NCBI GenBank assembly: GCA_020341815.1
Contig: CP070837.1
Span: forward strand, 892,064-956,063
DNA: 64,000 nt
Direction: 5' to 3'
Source: Candidatus Omnitrophota bacterium
Lineage (GTDB): Bacteria; Omnitrophota; Gorgyraeia; JAFGHF01
Positions 44,144 through 53,370 of this stretch are shown in pieces. Under the pieces are notes generated by a model. It saw only the letters and a list, made by a program, of their open reading frames with translations. It did no database searches and was not told the DNA's origin. Position 1 is the stretch's first letter. Every line of letters begins with the position of its first letter. The translations under genes were made by a program, and so were the position numbers.

Positions 44144-45337
44144 TTATAACAACCTGCTAATCGTAAGGATAGGCAGAAACATCGCCGCCACAATACCCCC
44201 TACCACTACGCCTAAAAACACAATAACTATCGGCTCGATCAGGGAGGTTAAGCTGCTAACGGCAGTATCTACCTGCTCTTCGTAAAACTCGGAAATCTTG
44301 GTCAACATCTTCTCCAATTCCCCTGTCTGCTCACCCACCCCGATCATCCGGGTAACCATCGGCGGAAAGACCCCGCTTCTGGCTAAGGGCTCGGCGATAT
44401 TTTCTCCCTCACGGATATTTGTACGCACCGCATTCACCGCCGTCTCAATCACCTTATTTCCTGATGTCCTGGCGGTAATCTCCAAAGCATTGAGAATGGG
44501 CACCCCGCTCCTGACCAGCGTGGATAAGGTGCGGGAAAACCGGGCAATAGCTACTTTTCGCAAAAGGATACCGACGACGGGTAGCCGCAACATTGTCTTA
44601 TCCAGCTGTATCCGCGCCTTTTCAGTGCGAATAATTCTTGAAAGAAGGAAGCCGAAGAAAAACAGACCTCCGAAAAGAACAGGCGCACTGCGTCGGGCGA
44701 AATTACTAACGGCGATCAGTGCCTGCGTAATCTTAGGCAACTCTCCCCCTAAGGTGTCAAATATTCCTTTAAACGTGGGCACTACTTTAAAAATCAAGAT
44801 ACCGGTAATAAGCGCTGCCATTGAAACAACCAGAGCCGGATAAATAAAGCTTGACTTTACCTTATGCACAAGCGCGCTGCTTTTCTCTAAATAGCTGGCT
44901 AATCTCTCCAGGATATCGTCGAGCGTTCCACTGGACTCACCAGCCCTGACCATATGCACAAAAAGTTCGGAAAAGATTTGCGGATGGTGCGACAAGGCCT
45001 CGGACAGGCTGCTGCCTGTCTCTATATTATCTCTCAAACTGGCAATCACTGCCCGAAAATCGGGCTTTTGAATTTGCTCAACCAAAACATCCAGAGCCTG
45101 AACCAAGGGGATACCGCTATCCACCATTGTAGCCAACTGCCGGGAAAAAATCACCAAATCATCTATCTTTACCTTTGCCTTGGAGGCCAGCTTCAAGGTT
45201 TTTGTCTCTGTCACCGAAATAACAATCAGGCCCTTTTTGCGCAGCAAATCAATCAGGGTAGCCTGATCTTTACATTGCAGGGTGGCGATAATGGTTCTTG
45301 CTCGCTGGTCTTTGGCTACATATTTGAAATTCGGCAT
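44144..45337 (-). CDS. pilC: Type IV pilus platform protein
   Basis: FSRQLATMVDSG, GESSGTL, GEQTGEL, IEP. Confidence 0.93.
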   Translation of the reverse strand: MPNFKYVAKDQRARTIIATLQCKDQATLIDLLRKKGLIVISVTETKTLKLASKAKVKIDDLVIFSRQLATMVDSGIPLVQALDVLVEQIQKPDFRAVIASLRDNIETGSSLSEALSHHPQIFSELFVHMVRAGESSGTLDDILERLASYLEKSSALVHKVKSSFIYPALVVSMAALITGILIFKVVPTFKGIFDTLGGELPKITQALIAVSNFARRSAPVLFGGLFFFGFLLSRIIRTEKARIQLDKTMLRLPVVGILLRKVAIARFSRTLSTLVRSGVPILNALEITARTSGNKVIETAVNAVRTNIREGENIAEPLARSGVFPPMVTRMIGVGEQTGELEKMLTKISEFYEEQVDTAVSSLTSLIEPIVIVFLGVVVGGIVAAMFLPILTISRLL

Positions 45338-45357
45338 TTTTTCAGCCCCCCTAAAAA

Positions 45358-47055
45358 TTACTCATCGGCAGTCATTCGCAATACCTCTTCCAGGGTTGTC
45401 TCACCCCGAATGAATTTCTCTAATCCGTTCTCACGCAGAACCTTCATCCCCTGTCTACGGGCATAATCTTTAATCTGGTTACTGGGGGCACCTTTGATGA
45501 TCATTTCACGAAGCTTATCGTCCATAACCAGGACTTCCAATGTACCCATACGGCCGTAATAACCCGTCTGATTACACCTGGCGCATCCCTTTCCGTGATA
45601 GAATTTACTATCCTTTGCCACTTTCACTCCCAGCTTATCCAGCGTTGCCCGGGGTACATCGACAGGCTCTTTGCAATTCGGACATATGCGCCGGCAGAGC
45701 CGCTGTGCGGCTATCAGAATTACCGATGAGGCAATCAAAAAAGGCTCCACCCCCATATCGATTAAGCGGGTAACTGCCGAGGCGGCATCATTTGTATGTA
45801 ATGTACTTAAGACCAGCTCCCCCGTTAAGGCGGCTTTCACGGCAATATCCGCAGTTTCTCCATCGCGAATCTCCCCCACCATAATCACGTCCGGGCTCTG
45901 TCTCAAAAGTGCGCGCAGACCATTGGCAAAGGTAAGGCCGATTTCCGGCTTGGTCTGGATTTGGGTAACCCTCTCCACCTGGTATTCCACGGGGTCCTCT
46001 ATGGTAATGATATTCTTATCTGTAGTATTCAATTGGCTGAGGACCGAATAAAGGGTGGTTGATTTCCCGCAACCCGTAGGCCCAGTCAAAAGAATCATTC
46101 CGTATGGCTTGGCAATAGCATCCTTAAAAGCCTCAAGAGAAGCGGGCAGAAATCCCAAATTATCAAGCCCCAGAGATAAATTTGACTTATCCAGCGCCCT
46201 TAAAACACATTTGCCGCCAAAGCTTGTGGGTAAAAATGAGACACGAAAATCGATTTCTTTCTGGCCCATGCTAACCTTAAAGCGGCCGTCCTGAGGAAGG
46301 CGCTTCTGGGTAATATCCAGATTGGACATAATTTTCAGCCTGGTAATAAGGGCATTTTGCAGCTTTTTGGGTAGAGCATAAAACTCATGTAAAATGCCAT
46401 CGATGCGGTAACGAATACGCAGCCTGTCCTCAAAGGGTTCAAGATGAATATCGCTGGCCCGGCTCTTCAAGGCCTCATTGATAATTACATCTACCAATTT
46501 TATAATCGGGGCCTCTTTACCATCTTTGGTCATCTCAGCCAAATCGGCAATATTCAATCCCGCTACGGTTTTTTTTCGCTCTTTCTTTACTATGTCGGCC
46601 ATCTCCTCCATGCCCGGCGCATAATACCTCTCGATAGCCTGGAGAATATCATCGGCGGTGGTAACCATAGTCTGCACTTCCGATTTGGTCAATGCCTTAA
46701 CATCATCCAGGGCAAAGATATTTAAGGGGTCACTCATTGCCACGCTGACTACATTTTTAATCTTAGAAACAGGTATCACCAGATAATGGCGCGCTACGCG
46801 TTCGGGAATAAGCTTAACCACCGCAGGATCTATTTTGTACCTGGAGAGATTTATCGGAGGGATGCCCAATTGCGCGCCCAGACAAACCATCAAGTCCTTC
46901 TGGGATACCATCTTTTGCTCAATCAAGATTTTGCTTAGACTGCCTCCTTCTTCCTTCTGAATCTTTAAGGCCTTCTTGAGATCTTTCTCGCTAAGCAGGT
47001 TATTCTTCAGAAGCACTTCATTAATTTTCTTCTTTAGAGCAATTAGCTTGGGCAT
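45358..47055 (-). CDS. pilB: PilB/GspE ATPase with a degenerate MshEN domain
   Basis: ASDIHLEP, GPTGCGKST, GEIRD, STLHTN, CxxC pairs. Confidence 0.9.
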   Translation of the reverse strand: MPKLIALKKKINEVLLKNNLLSEKDLKKALKIQKEEGGSLSKILIEQKMVSQKDLMVCLGAQLGIPPINLSRYKIDPAVVKLIPERVARHYLVIPVSKIKNVVSVAMSDPLNIFALDDVKALTKSEVQTMVTTADDILQAIERYYAPGMEEMADIVKKERKKTVAGLNIADLAEMTKDGKEAPIIKLVDVIINEALKSRASDIHLEPFEDRLRIRYRIDGILHEFYALPKKLQNALITRLKIMSNLDITQKRLPQDGRFKVSMGQKEIDFRVSFLPTSFGGKCVLRALDKSNLSLGLDNLGFLPASLEAFKDAIAKPYGMILLTGPTGCGKSTTLYSVLSQLNTTDKNIITIEDPVEYQVERVTQIQTKPEIGLTFANGLRALLRQSPDVIMVGEIRDGETADIAVKAALTGELVLSTLHTNDAASAVTRLIDMGVEPFLIASSVILIAAQRLCRRICPNCKEPVDVPRATLDKLGVKVAKDSKFYHGKGCARCNQTGYYGRMGTLEVLVMDDKLREMIIKGAPSNQIKDYARRQGMKVLRENGLEKFIRGETTLEEVLRMTADE

Positions 47056-47072
47056 CTTTAAACCTCTCCTCT

Positions 47073-48794
47073 TTAAGATAATTTCTCATCCGGCACAGTA
47101 ACCCTGAGCACCTCTTCTAAAGAGGTCTCACCCCTGATTACTTTGGCCAGGCCGTTTTCCCGCAATGTGGTCATTCCTTCCCGGCGAGCGGCGTTCTTTA
47201 TCTGTACCTCAGGCGCCTTTTGAGCAATCAAGTCCTTTATCTTAGGCGTTATTCTTAAGATTTCCATAATCGCTATGCGGCCTTTGTAGCCTGTGTTATT
47301 ACACTTAGGGCAACCCTTGGGGCGATAGAACGTCAATTCTTTATTATCCTTTAAATTCAACTTTTCTTTTAAGGCCGGCGAGACTTTATAGGCCTCTTTG
47401 CAGTCGGGACAGAGAAGCCTTACCAGCCTTTGCGCCCCAACCATAAGGACTGAGGCGGTAATCAAAAAAGGCTCTACCCCCATATTGGCCAGGCGCACCA
47501 AAGAACCGGCGGCATCGGTGGTGTGCAAGGTACTTAACACCAGGTGCCCCGTGAGCGCTGATTTGATGGCGATATCTACTGTATCGTAATCACGAATCTC
47601 TCCTATCATAATTACATCGGGATCCTGACGTAAGATTGAACGTAAAGCATTGGCAAAAGTCAACCCAATTTCCGGAAGAGCAGTTACCTGATTTATACCG
47701 TCCAGCTGATATTCGATGGGGTCTTCTACGGTTACCAAATTCTTTTCTATGGAATCCACGCGCTTAAGGATAGAATATAACGTGGTGGTTTTGCCGCATC
47801 CGGTCGGACCGCAAATCAATATCATTCCATGCGGACGAAGGGTACATTCTTTTAATACCTTAAGCGGCGTCTCTTCGAAGCCGAGTTTTTCCAGATCAAG
47901 GAGCAACGTGCTTTTATCCAGAATACGTAAGGCAAGCTTCTCTCCAAAGCTGGAGGGAAGCACCGAAACGCGAAAATCCACTTCTTGTTTTCTGGCTGAG
48001 CCGTATTTAAATCTTCCGTCTTGAGGCAACCTGTGTTCGGCCACATTAAGCCTGGACATTACCTTTATTCTGGTAACAATGGCCTCATGCATACTCTTTG
48101 GCGGAGCCTGGCCCATCTGGAGAACCCCATCCACGCGGTAACGCACCTGCATAATCTTCTCTAAGGGTTCAATGAGAATATCGCTCGCCCGGCGTTTAAT
48201 TCCTTCCTCTAAAATCATATTGGTTATCTTTACCAGAGGAGCCCCTTTAACCAGCTCCATAAGGCTTTCTGTATCCAATTCCTCTTCTTTCTTCTTGGAA
48301 GGCTCTGTTACTACTGCGGTCCTGCGCTCAATTGCATCTTTGATGATTTCCTGGGCATCTGCGGAATAATATCGGCGAATAGCCTCTTTGATATCTACCT
48401 CGGTACTAAGGACGGTTTTGACTTTATATTTGGTAAGGGCGCGAATATCGTCCAGGGCCACGATATTTAAAGGGTCACTTACAGCAACAGTTAGGTTATC
48501 CCCAATCCTGGAGACCGGAATCAACTGATAATGCTGGGCTACCTGCTGAGGGATAAGCTTTATTACTTCCGGCTTAATCTTTAATTTTTCCAGGTTTACG
48601 GGCGGAATGTGCAAACTTTTACTTAGCGCTATCATCAAATCCCTCTCATCCACCAGGTTTAGGGACACCAAAATACTGCTTAGCCTTCCCCCTTTTTGCT
48701 TTTGAATATCCAATGCCTTATCCAACTCATCAGGAGTAAGGAGCTTATTTTCCGTAAGAATATTAACCAACTGTTCTTTAAGTGACTTAGCCAT
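47073..48794 (-). CDS. pilB: PilB/GspE ATPase paralog with a degenerate MshEN domain
   Basis: GPTGCGKTT, RQDPD, TGHLV. Confidence 0.9.
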   Translation of the reverse strand: MAKSLKEQLVNILTENKLLTPDELDKALDIQKQKGGRLSSILVSLNLVDERDLMIALSKSLHIPPVNLEKLKIKPEVIKLIPQQVAQHYQLIPVSRIGDNLTVAVSDPLNIVALDDIRALTKYKVKTVLSTEVDIKEAIRRYYSADAQEIIKDAIERRTAVVTEPSKKKEEELDTESLMELVKGAPLVKITNMILEEGIKRRASDILIEPLEKIMQVRYRVDGVLQMGQAPPKSMHEAIVTRIKVMSRLNVAEHRLPQDGRFKYGSARKQEVDFRVSVLPSSFGEKLALRILDKSTLLLDLEKLGFEETPLKVLKECTLRPHGMILICGPTGCGKTTTLYSILKRVDSIEKNLVTVEDPIEYQLDGINQVTALPEIGLTFANALRSILRQDPDVIMIGEIRDYDTVDIAIKSALTGHLVLSTLHTTDAAGSLVRLANMGVEPFLITASVLMVGAQRLVRLLCPDCKEAYKVSPALKEKLNLKDNKELTFYRPKGCPKCNNTGYKGRIAIMEILRITPKIKDLIAQKAPEVQIKNAARREGMTTLRENGLAKVIRGETSLEEVLRVTVPDEKLS

Positions 48795-48798
48795 TTTA

Positions 48799-49263
48799 TT
48801 ATTTATCGGCCTTTCCCTGGGTATAAATACGTTCGATCGCTTCTTTTATTTCGGTAGAGGTACCCAGAAAGACCTCTATCTTGCATTTAGTCAATGCCTC
48901 GATTTCCTTAATTGCCTCTTCATCCAGAGGATTGGCCATAACCACGGTTAAGATATCGCTCATTTTATCCACAGCTAAAACGTGATATTTACTGGCTAAA
49001 CTCTCCGGAATTAATTTTGCTACTTCAAAATCGATTTCATAATTGGCCAAAGGCAAATAAGGTAAATCGTGCTGAAGAGCCAGAATTTGAACTATATCCT
49101 CCTCCGTAACAAAACCCAGTTTTACCAAGGCCTCTCCCATGAGAATCCCTTCTTTTTTCTGAAGCTGCAAGGCCTGCTCTAACTGTTCGGGGGTAATCTT
49201 ACCCCTTTGAATCAAGAGTTGGCCTATCTGTTCTTTTGGCGTATTTTTCTTAAATGGAGTCAT
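48799..49263 (-). CDS. Stand-alone MshEN/GspE N-terminal domain protein
   Basis: IGQLLIQRGKITPEQLEQALQLQ...MGEALVKLG. Confidence 0.85.
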   Translation of the reverse strand: MTPFKKNTPKEQIGQLLIQRGKITPEQLEQALQLQKKEGILMGEALVKLGFVTEEDIVQILALQHDLPYLPLANYEIDFEVAKLIPESLASKYHVLAVDKMSDILTVVMANPLDEEAIKEIEALTKCKIEVFLGTSTEIKEAIERIYTQGKADK

Positions 49264-49267
49264 CTTA

Positions 49268-50332
49268 TTATGCCTTTTTAAATAGCCTCTGTAAGTCCTG
49301 AACTTCTGTGGTATAGCCTAAGGCTTCCTCTTCTGTAATAATACCTCTCTGGCAAAGCTCATAAAGCGCCTGATTCATTGTGCGCATACCTTCTTTCTGC
49401 CCTGTCTGTATTGCCGAATAGACCTGATGCGCCTTTCCTTCCCGAATTAAACTGCGCACAGCATGATTGGCAGACAATACTTCCGTAGCCAGGACTCTTC
49501 CGCCTTTCTTACTGGGAATCAACTGCTGCGATAAAACACCCAGGAGAACAAAAGATAACTGCGCGCGCACCTGCTGCTGCTGGTGAGCCGGAAAGACATC
49601 CACCACCCTGTTGATTGTCTGCACGCTGTCGGAGGTATGCAGGGTAGCAAAGACCAGATGCCCTGTCTCGGCAATATTTAAAGCGGCCTGAATAGTCTCC
49701 AAGTCTCTCATTTCCCCGATAAGAATTACATTGGGGTCCTCCCTCAATATGTGCCTGAGGGCCTGGGAAAAAGAACGGGTGTCAGCCCCCACCTCCCGCT
49801 GTTCTATAACAGCCTTGATATTTTTAAAAGTGTATTCGATGGGGTCCTCAACGGTAATAATATGACAATGCCTTTCCTGATTAATCATATTTATCATCGC
49901 CGCTAAGCTTGTAGACTTTCCGCTCCCCGTTGCCCCGGTAACTAAAACCAGACCCTTGGACCTGCGGCAGAAGTCCTTAACTGCCTTCAGCGGCAAACCG
50001 CATTCATCAGGCGTCATAATCTGATAAGGAATCCTTCTTATGGCGCAGCCCACAGCCCCTCTCTGCTGATAAACATTCAGACGAAAGCGGCTTAACCCTT
50101 CGATTCCGAAGGACATATCCAATTCTAAATTTTCCTCAAATTCTTTTATCGCCTCTTTGCTCAACAGGCCGTAAGTCAATTCTTTCGCCCTTTGAGCCGT
50201 AAGGACCTTTTCTTCGGCATTAACCAGCTTGCCGTCTATGCGTAATTGGGGCGGCGCCCCGGCAGTAATATGCAAATCGGACGCCTTTTTTTCGACCATT
50301 ACCTTTAATAGCTTCTCCATAGCTTCAATCAT
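49268..50332 (-). CDS. pilT: Retraction ATPase PilT
   Basis: ASDLH, GATGSGKST, GEMRD, AVRSLIRE, GMRTM. Confidence 0.93.
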   Translation of the reverse strand: MIEAMEKLLKVMVEKKASDLHITAGAPPQLRIDGKLVNAEEKVLTAQRAKELTYGLLSKEAIKEFEENLELDMSFGIEGLSRFRLNVYQQRGAVGCAIRRIPYQIMTPDECGLPLKAVKDFCRRSKGLVLVTGATGSGKSTSLAAMINMINQERHCHIITVEDPIEYTFKNIKAVIEQREVGADTRSFSQALRHILREDPNVILIGEMRDLETIQAALNIAETGHLVFATLHTSDSVQTINRVVDVFPAHQQQQVRAQLSFVLLGVLSQQLIPSKKGGRVLATEVLSANHAVRSLIREGKAHQVYSAIQTGQKEGMRTMNQALYELCQRGIITEEEALGYTTEVQDLQRLFKKA

Positions 50333-50344
50333 ATTCTGGCTCCT

Positions 50345-51766
50345 TTAAGAAAGGACAATTTTATTTTGTCCTCCGTTCTTGGATTTTTCGGTATAATGCA
50401 ATGCCCTGTTGATCAATTCTACCGCCGTCCTTCCGTCCACAGGAACAGCGCTGATGCCTGCACTTAACGTAAGAGAAATGCCGCCTTTAAGGGCAGCCTG
50501 CGTTAGCTTGCGTCTTTTCATCTCGCTGCATACACCTTCGGCAACATTCAATGACTGCTCTTTATTTTTCTCCGGCAGAAGCACAGCAAACTGGTGGTCG
50601 GAAAATCTGGCTGCTTTATCGATGTCTCCAGTAGCATCTTTTAAAGTCTGGGCCATTTTCTTTAAAGTGACCTCGGCTGCTTGCGCCCCCGCAACATCGC
50701 GATAGCGTTCAAAGTTAGCCACCTCAAAAATAAGAAAAGAACACGGTCTCTGGTAGGAAATCGCCCTTCTGATCTCCTCTTCTAAGCGGGTGCGTATATA
50801 GTTTTCGTTATAGAGCCCGGTAAGCTCATCGCGCACGTTTAACTCTTCTGTCTTGCGCAAAAGGATATCGTTTTCTACGGCCACAGCTACCTGTTTGGCA
50901 AAGACCCCTATCAACTCTTTCTCATCTTTGGCAAAGACAAAGTTCTCCGTGTTATTGCCCACCCCTAAAAGGCCGATGATGGTGCCAAAAGAAGTAACTG
51001 GCACAAGCAGCATATTCTTTGTTTGTAAAAGTTTTCTCAAATCTCCATCTGCGGCCTTCAGTTTATTCTGCTTATCTATAACTAAAGGCGTGGGATGGGC
51101 AAACAGCTTACCCAGGGGCCCCTGGCCGACTTTAACCTTGATGCGTCCTATCTCGGTGGCCTCTATGTTTACCTTCGCGCGCATAAGCAATTCGCCTGAT
51201 TCCTCCTCCCGAAACACAATAAAGGCACCTCCGGACTCCAGTTGAGAAAGCTTCTCTACAATTAAGCCAAAGACCTCGTCTAATTTAGCGTTGGCGGTCA
51301 TAAGGTTACCGATCTGCAATAGCGCAGAAAGGGCAAAGACCTTTTTATTGATTTCCATATTTATCTGCTTAATCTTCTCTCCGTAGGAATGAAGCTCGGA
51401 CATATTTTCCTTAAGTCTTCTGGAGAGCCGGTTTAAGGAACCGCTCAGCTCACCCACTTCATCCTCTGCCTCTATAGTTGCCTCTTCAACCAGTCTTCCT
51501 TCGGCAATCCCCTTGGCATAGGCACTGATGCTGGCAACAGGATAAACAATCTTTCTGGTCAGGTAGTAGCCCATGAGCATAAGGAAAATAGTAATGATAA
51601 AAATTAAGGAAATATTCCACAGGCTATCTATCGTAGGGAAGATATAATAGATAATCAGATAGCCGCAAACCAGCATCGGGATAACAGACATAAGAGCAAA
51701 GGCCACAACCAGCTTATGTTTTATACCCCTGCGTGTTAAGGATAGGTTTTTAAGTAGGTCTCTCAT
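50345..51766 (-). CDS. Membrane HAMP-GAF-degenerate GGDEF protein
   Basis: Two TMs, DELTGLYN, ARFSDHQF in place of GGDEF. Confidence 0.82.
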   Translation of the reverse strand: MRDLLKNLSLTRRGIKHKLVVAFALMSVIPMLVCGYLIIYYIFPTIDSLWNISLIFIITIFLMLMGYYLTRKIVYPVASISAYAKGIAEGRLVEEATIEAEDEVGELSGSLNRLSRRLKENMSELHSYGEKIKQINMEINKKVFALSALLQIGNLMTANAKLDEVFGLIVEKLSQLESGGAFIVFREEESGELLMRAKVNIEATEIGRIKVKVGQGPLGKLFAHPTPLVIDKQNKLKAADGDLRKLLQTKNMLLVPVTSFGTIIGLLGVGNNTENFVFAKDEKELIGVFAKQVAVAVENDILLRKTEELNVRDELTGLYNENYIRTRLEEEIRRAISYQRPCSFLIFEVANFERYRDVAGAQAAEVTLKKMAQTLKDATGDIDKAARFSDHQFAVLLPEKNKEQSLNVAEGVCSEMKRRKLTQAALKGGISLTLSAGISAVPVDGRTAVELINRALHYTEKSKNGGQNKIVLS

Positions 51767-52043
51767 TTTCCCCCTCTACTTTCTTTTGTTTTTTCATTGC
51801 CTCCATGGCCCTCTTTTCCAGCTCTTTCTTGGAATGCAGGCCTGTGCCGTCAATGCCTAATTTCCGCATTACGTTGACTATTGCCGAAATTATCTTGCTT
51901 CTTGAGAGCTTAGTCCCTGCACTAAAGAGGGCATCCTTGCCAATCTTATCCAGGAAGTCCACCTCATCCCTGGTAAGAAAGGTAATCACACGATGGGCAT
52001 TATTGCCCTGATTATCTGATTGCGTATGCGGCCTTTTGCTCAC
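51750..52043 (-). CDS. Small conserved-looking protein, possibly RHH-like DNA-binding
   Basis: GTG start after AAGGAG; RVITFLTRDEVDFLD..LSRSKII. Confidence 0.6.
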   Translation of the reverse strand: MSKRPHTQSDNQGNNAHRVITFLTRDEVDFLDKIGKDALFSAGTKLSRSKIISAIVNVMRKLGIDGTGLHSKKELEKRAMEAMKKQKKVEGENERPT

Positions 52044-52061
52044 CTGGTGCTCCTTCTGGCA

Positions 52062-52098
52062 ATAAAAAAGCCTTTGGCGCCTGTTACAAGCCAAAGGC
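52062..52098 (-). terminator. Riboswitch-associated terminator
   Basis: GCCTTTGGC / GCCAAAGGC hairpin followed by TTTTTT. Confidence 0.85.
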
Positions 52099-52117
52099 CA
52101 TAAACTCTCTTTTTATT

Positions 52118-52203
52118 CGTCTGGCAACCCAGCCATCCCTAACTCTAAGGACCTGTTGGCTTTGCGCCCCCCGACTTTCGCCGGGGTTTGCCTTTTTCAA
52201 ACG
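52118..52203 (-). ncRNA. c-di-GMP-I (GEMM) riboswitch
   Basis: GGCAAACCCCGGC-GAAA-GTCGGGGGGCGCAAAGCC...GGATGGCTGGGTTGCCA; P1 CGTTTG/CAGACG. Confidence 0.9.
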
Positions 52204-52228
52204 TATTTTGTTACTTTGTACAACCAGA

Positions 52229-52257
52229 AGTATAGCACAAAAAGCAGCATTTGTCAA
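52229..52257 (-). promoter_or_regulatory. sigma70 promoter of the pilus motor operon
   Basis: TTGACA-N17-TATACT. Confidence 0.75.
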
Positions 52258-52275
52258 CTTGACAAATGTGCTTTT

Positions 52276-53370
52276 TTACCTCCTCATCCCCACGTTCAGG
52301 ACCAGGGCTACGGCAACCATGGTGCTGACCAAAGAGGACCCCCCATAGCTTATCAGGGGAAGCGGCAGCCCCACCACAGGCAGCAGGCCCATGGTCATAG
52401 CAATATTTATCACGACCTGGAAAGAAAGCAGGGCAATTATGCCGTAGACGAGCAGTCTTCCCGATGAGTTTAAGGTCTGCTGGATGCAGGAAAAAGCCCG
52501 CCAGATTAAGGCAAAATACAGGGCCAGGAGCAAGGTAGCCCCCAAAAAGCCCCATTCCTCACCCACTACCGAAAAGATAAAGTCTGTGTGGCGTTCAGGC
52601 AGGAAATTCAGCTGGTTTTGCGTGCCGGCTAACCAGCCCTTCCCAAGCAGGCCCCCCGAACCAATGGCAATTTTAGACTGAATTACGGTATATCCTGCGC
52701 CCAAAGGGTCCATATTGGGGTTAATAAATACCAGTATTCTCCTCTTTTGGTAGTCCTTGAGCAGCTGCCACAAGAAAGGTGTGGTTAGTCCGAAACCCAG
52801 AAAGATTAAGATTAAGGTCCGCAGACGCGCCCCCCACCCATAAAGCACGCCGAAAAGAATGGGAACCAAAATCAGGGCAGTGCCCAAATCCGGCTGCTTA
52901 ACAATTAAAAGAAAGGGCAGGCCGATTATTAAAAAAGAGGCTATCAGGTCCTTTGCAGAAACATTCTCTTTTTGCCCCAGATACCGCGCCAGGGTCAAAA
53001 TAATCACAAGTTTGCTGAATTCCGAAGGCTGAAAGGCTATGCCGCCAAAAGTAATCCACCTTTGAGCGCCTAACCTGGTAGCCCCTGAAACCAAGACAAA
53101 AAGTAAAAGAATAAAATTTATTGCGTATAAGGGATAGGCCAGCTCCAGCCATTTTTGATACTCTACCTTAAGGACAACTACTCCAATTAAAAGAGCCAGC
53201 ATAAACCAGACAATCTGCCTCAGAAGAAAACTCTGCGGTAAGCTTCCACTATACTTATAAGCATGATGGTAAGTTGCACTATAGAGAAAGGTAAGTCCTA
53301 TAGCAAAGATAATAAGCACTATAAAAAGCAATGCAAAATCGAAGTTTCTTAATCTATTGTAGCTGAGCAT
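52276..53370 (-). CDS. rodA: Rod shape-determining protein RodA
   Basis: QPSEFSK, QPDLGT, FLPERHTDFIF, SYGGSS. Confidence 0.95.
   Translation of the reverse strand: MLSYNRLRNFDFALLFIVLIIFAIGLTFLYSATYHHAYKYSGSLPQSFLLRQIVWFMLALLIGVVVLKVEYQKWLELAYPLYAINFILLLFVLVSGATRLGAQRWITFGGIAFQPSEFSKLVIILTLARYLGQKENVSAKDLIASFLIIGLPFLLIVKQPDLGTALILVPILFGVLYGWGARLRTLILIFLGFGLTTPFLWQLLKDYQKRRILVFINPNMDPLGAGYTVIQSKIAIGSGGLLGKGWLAGTQNQLNFLPERHTDFIFSVVGEEWGFLGATLLLALYFALIWRAFSCIQQTLNSSGRLLVYGIIALLSFQVVINIAMTMGLLPVVGLPLPLISYGGSSLVSTMVAVALVLNVGMRR

Noticed and set aside
52044-52094. N-terminal extension of the 114-aa ORF
   Set aside because: It runs through the riboswitch terminator; the SD supports the GTG at 52043
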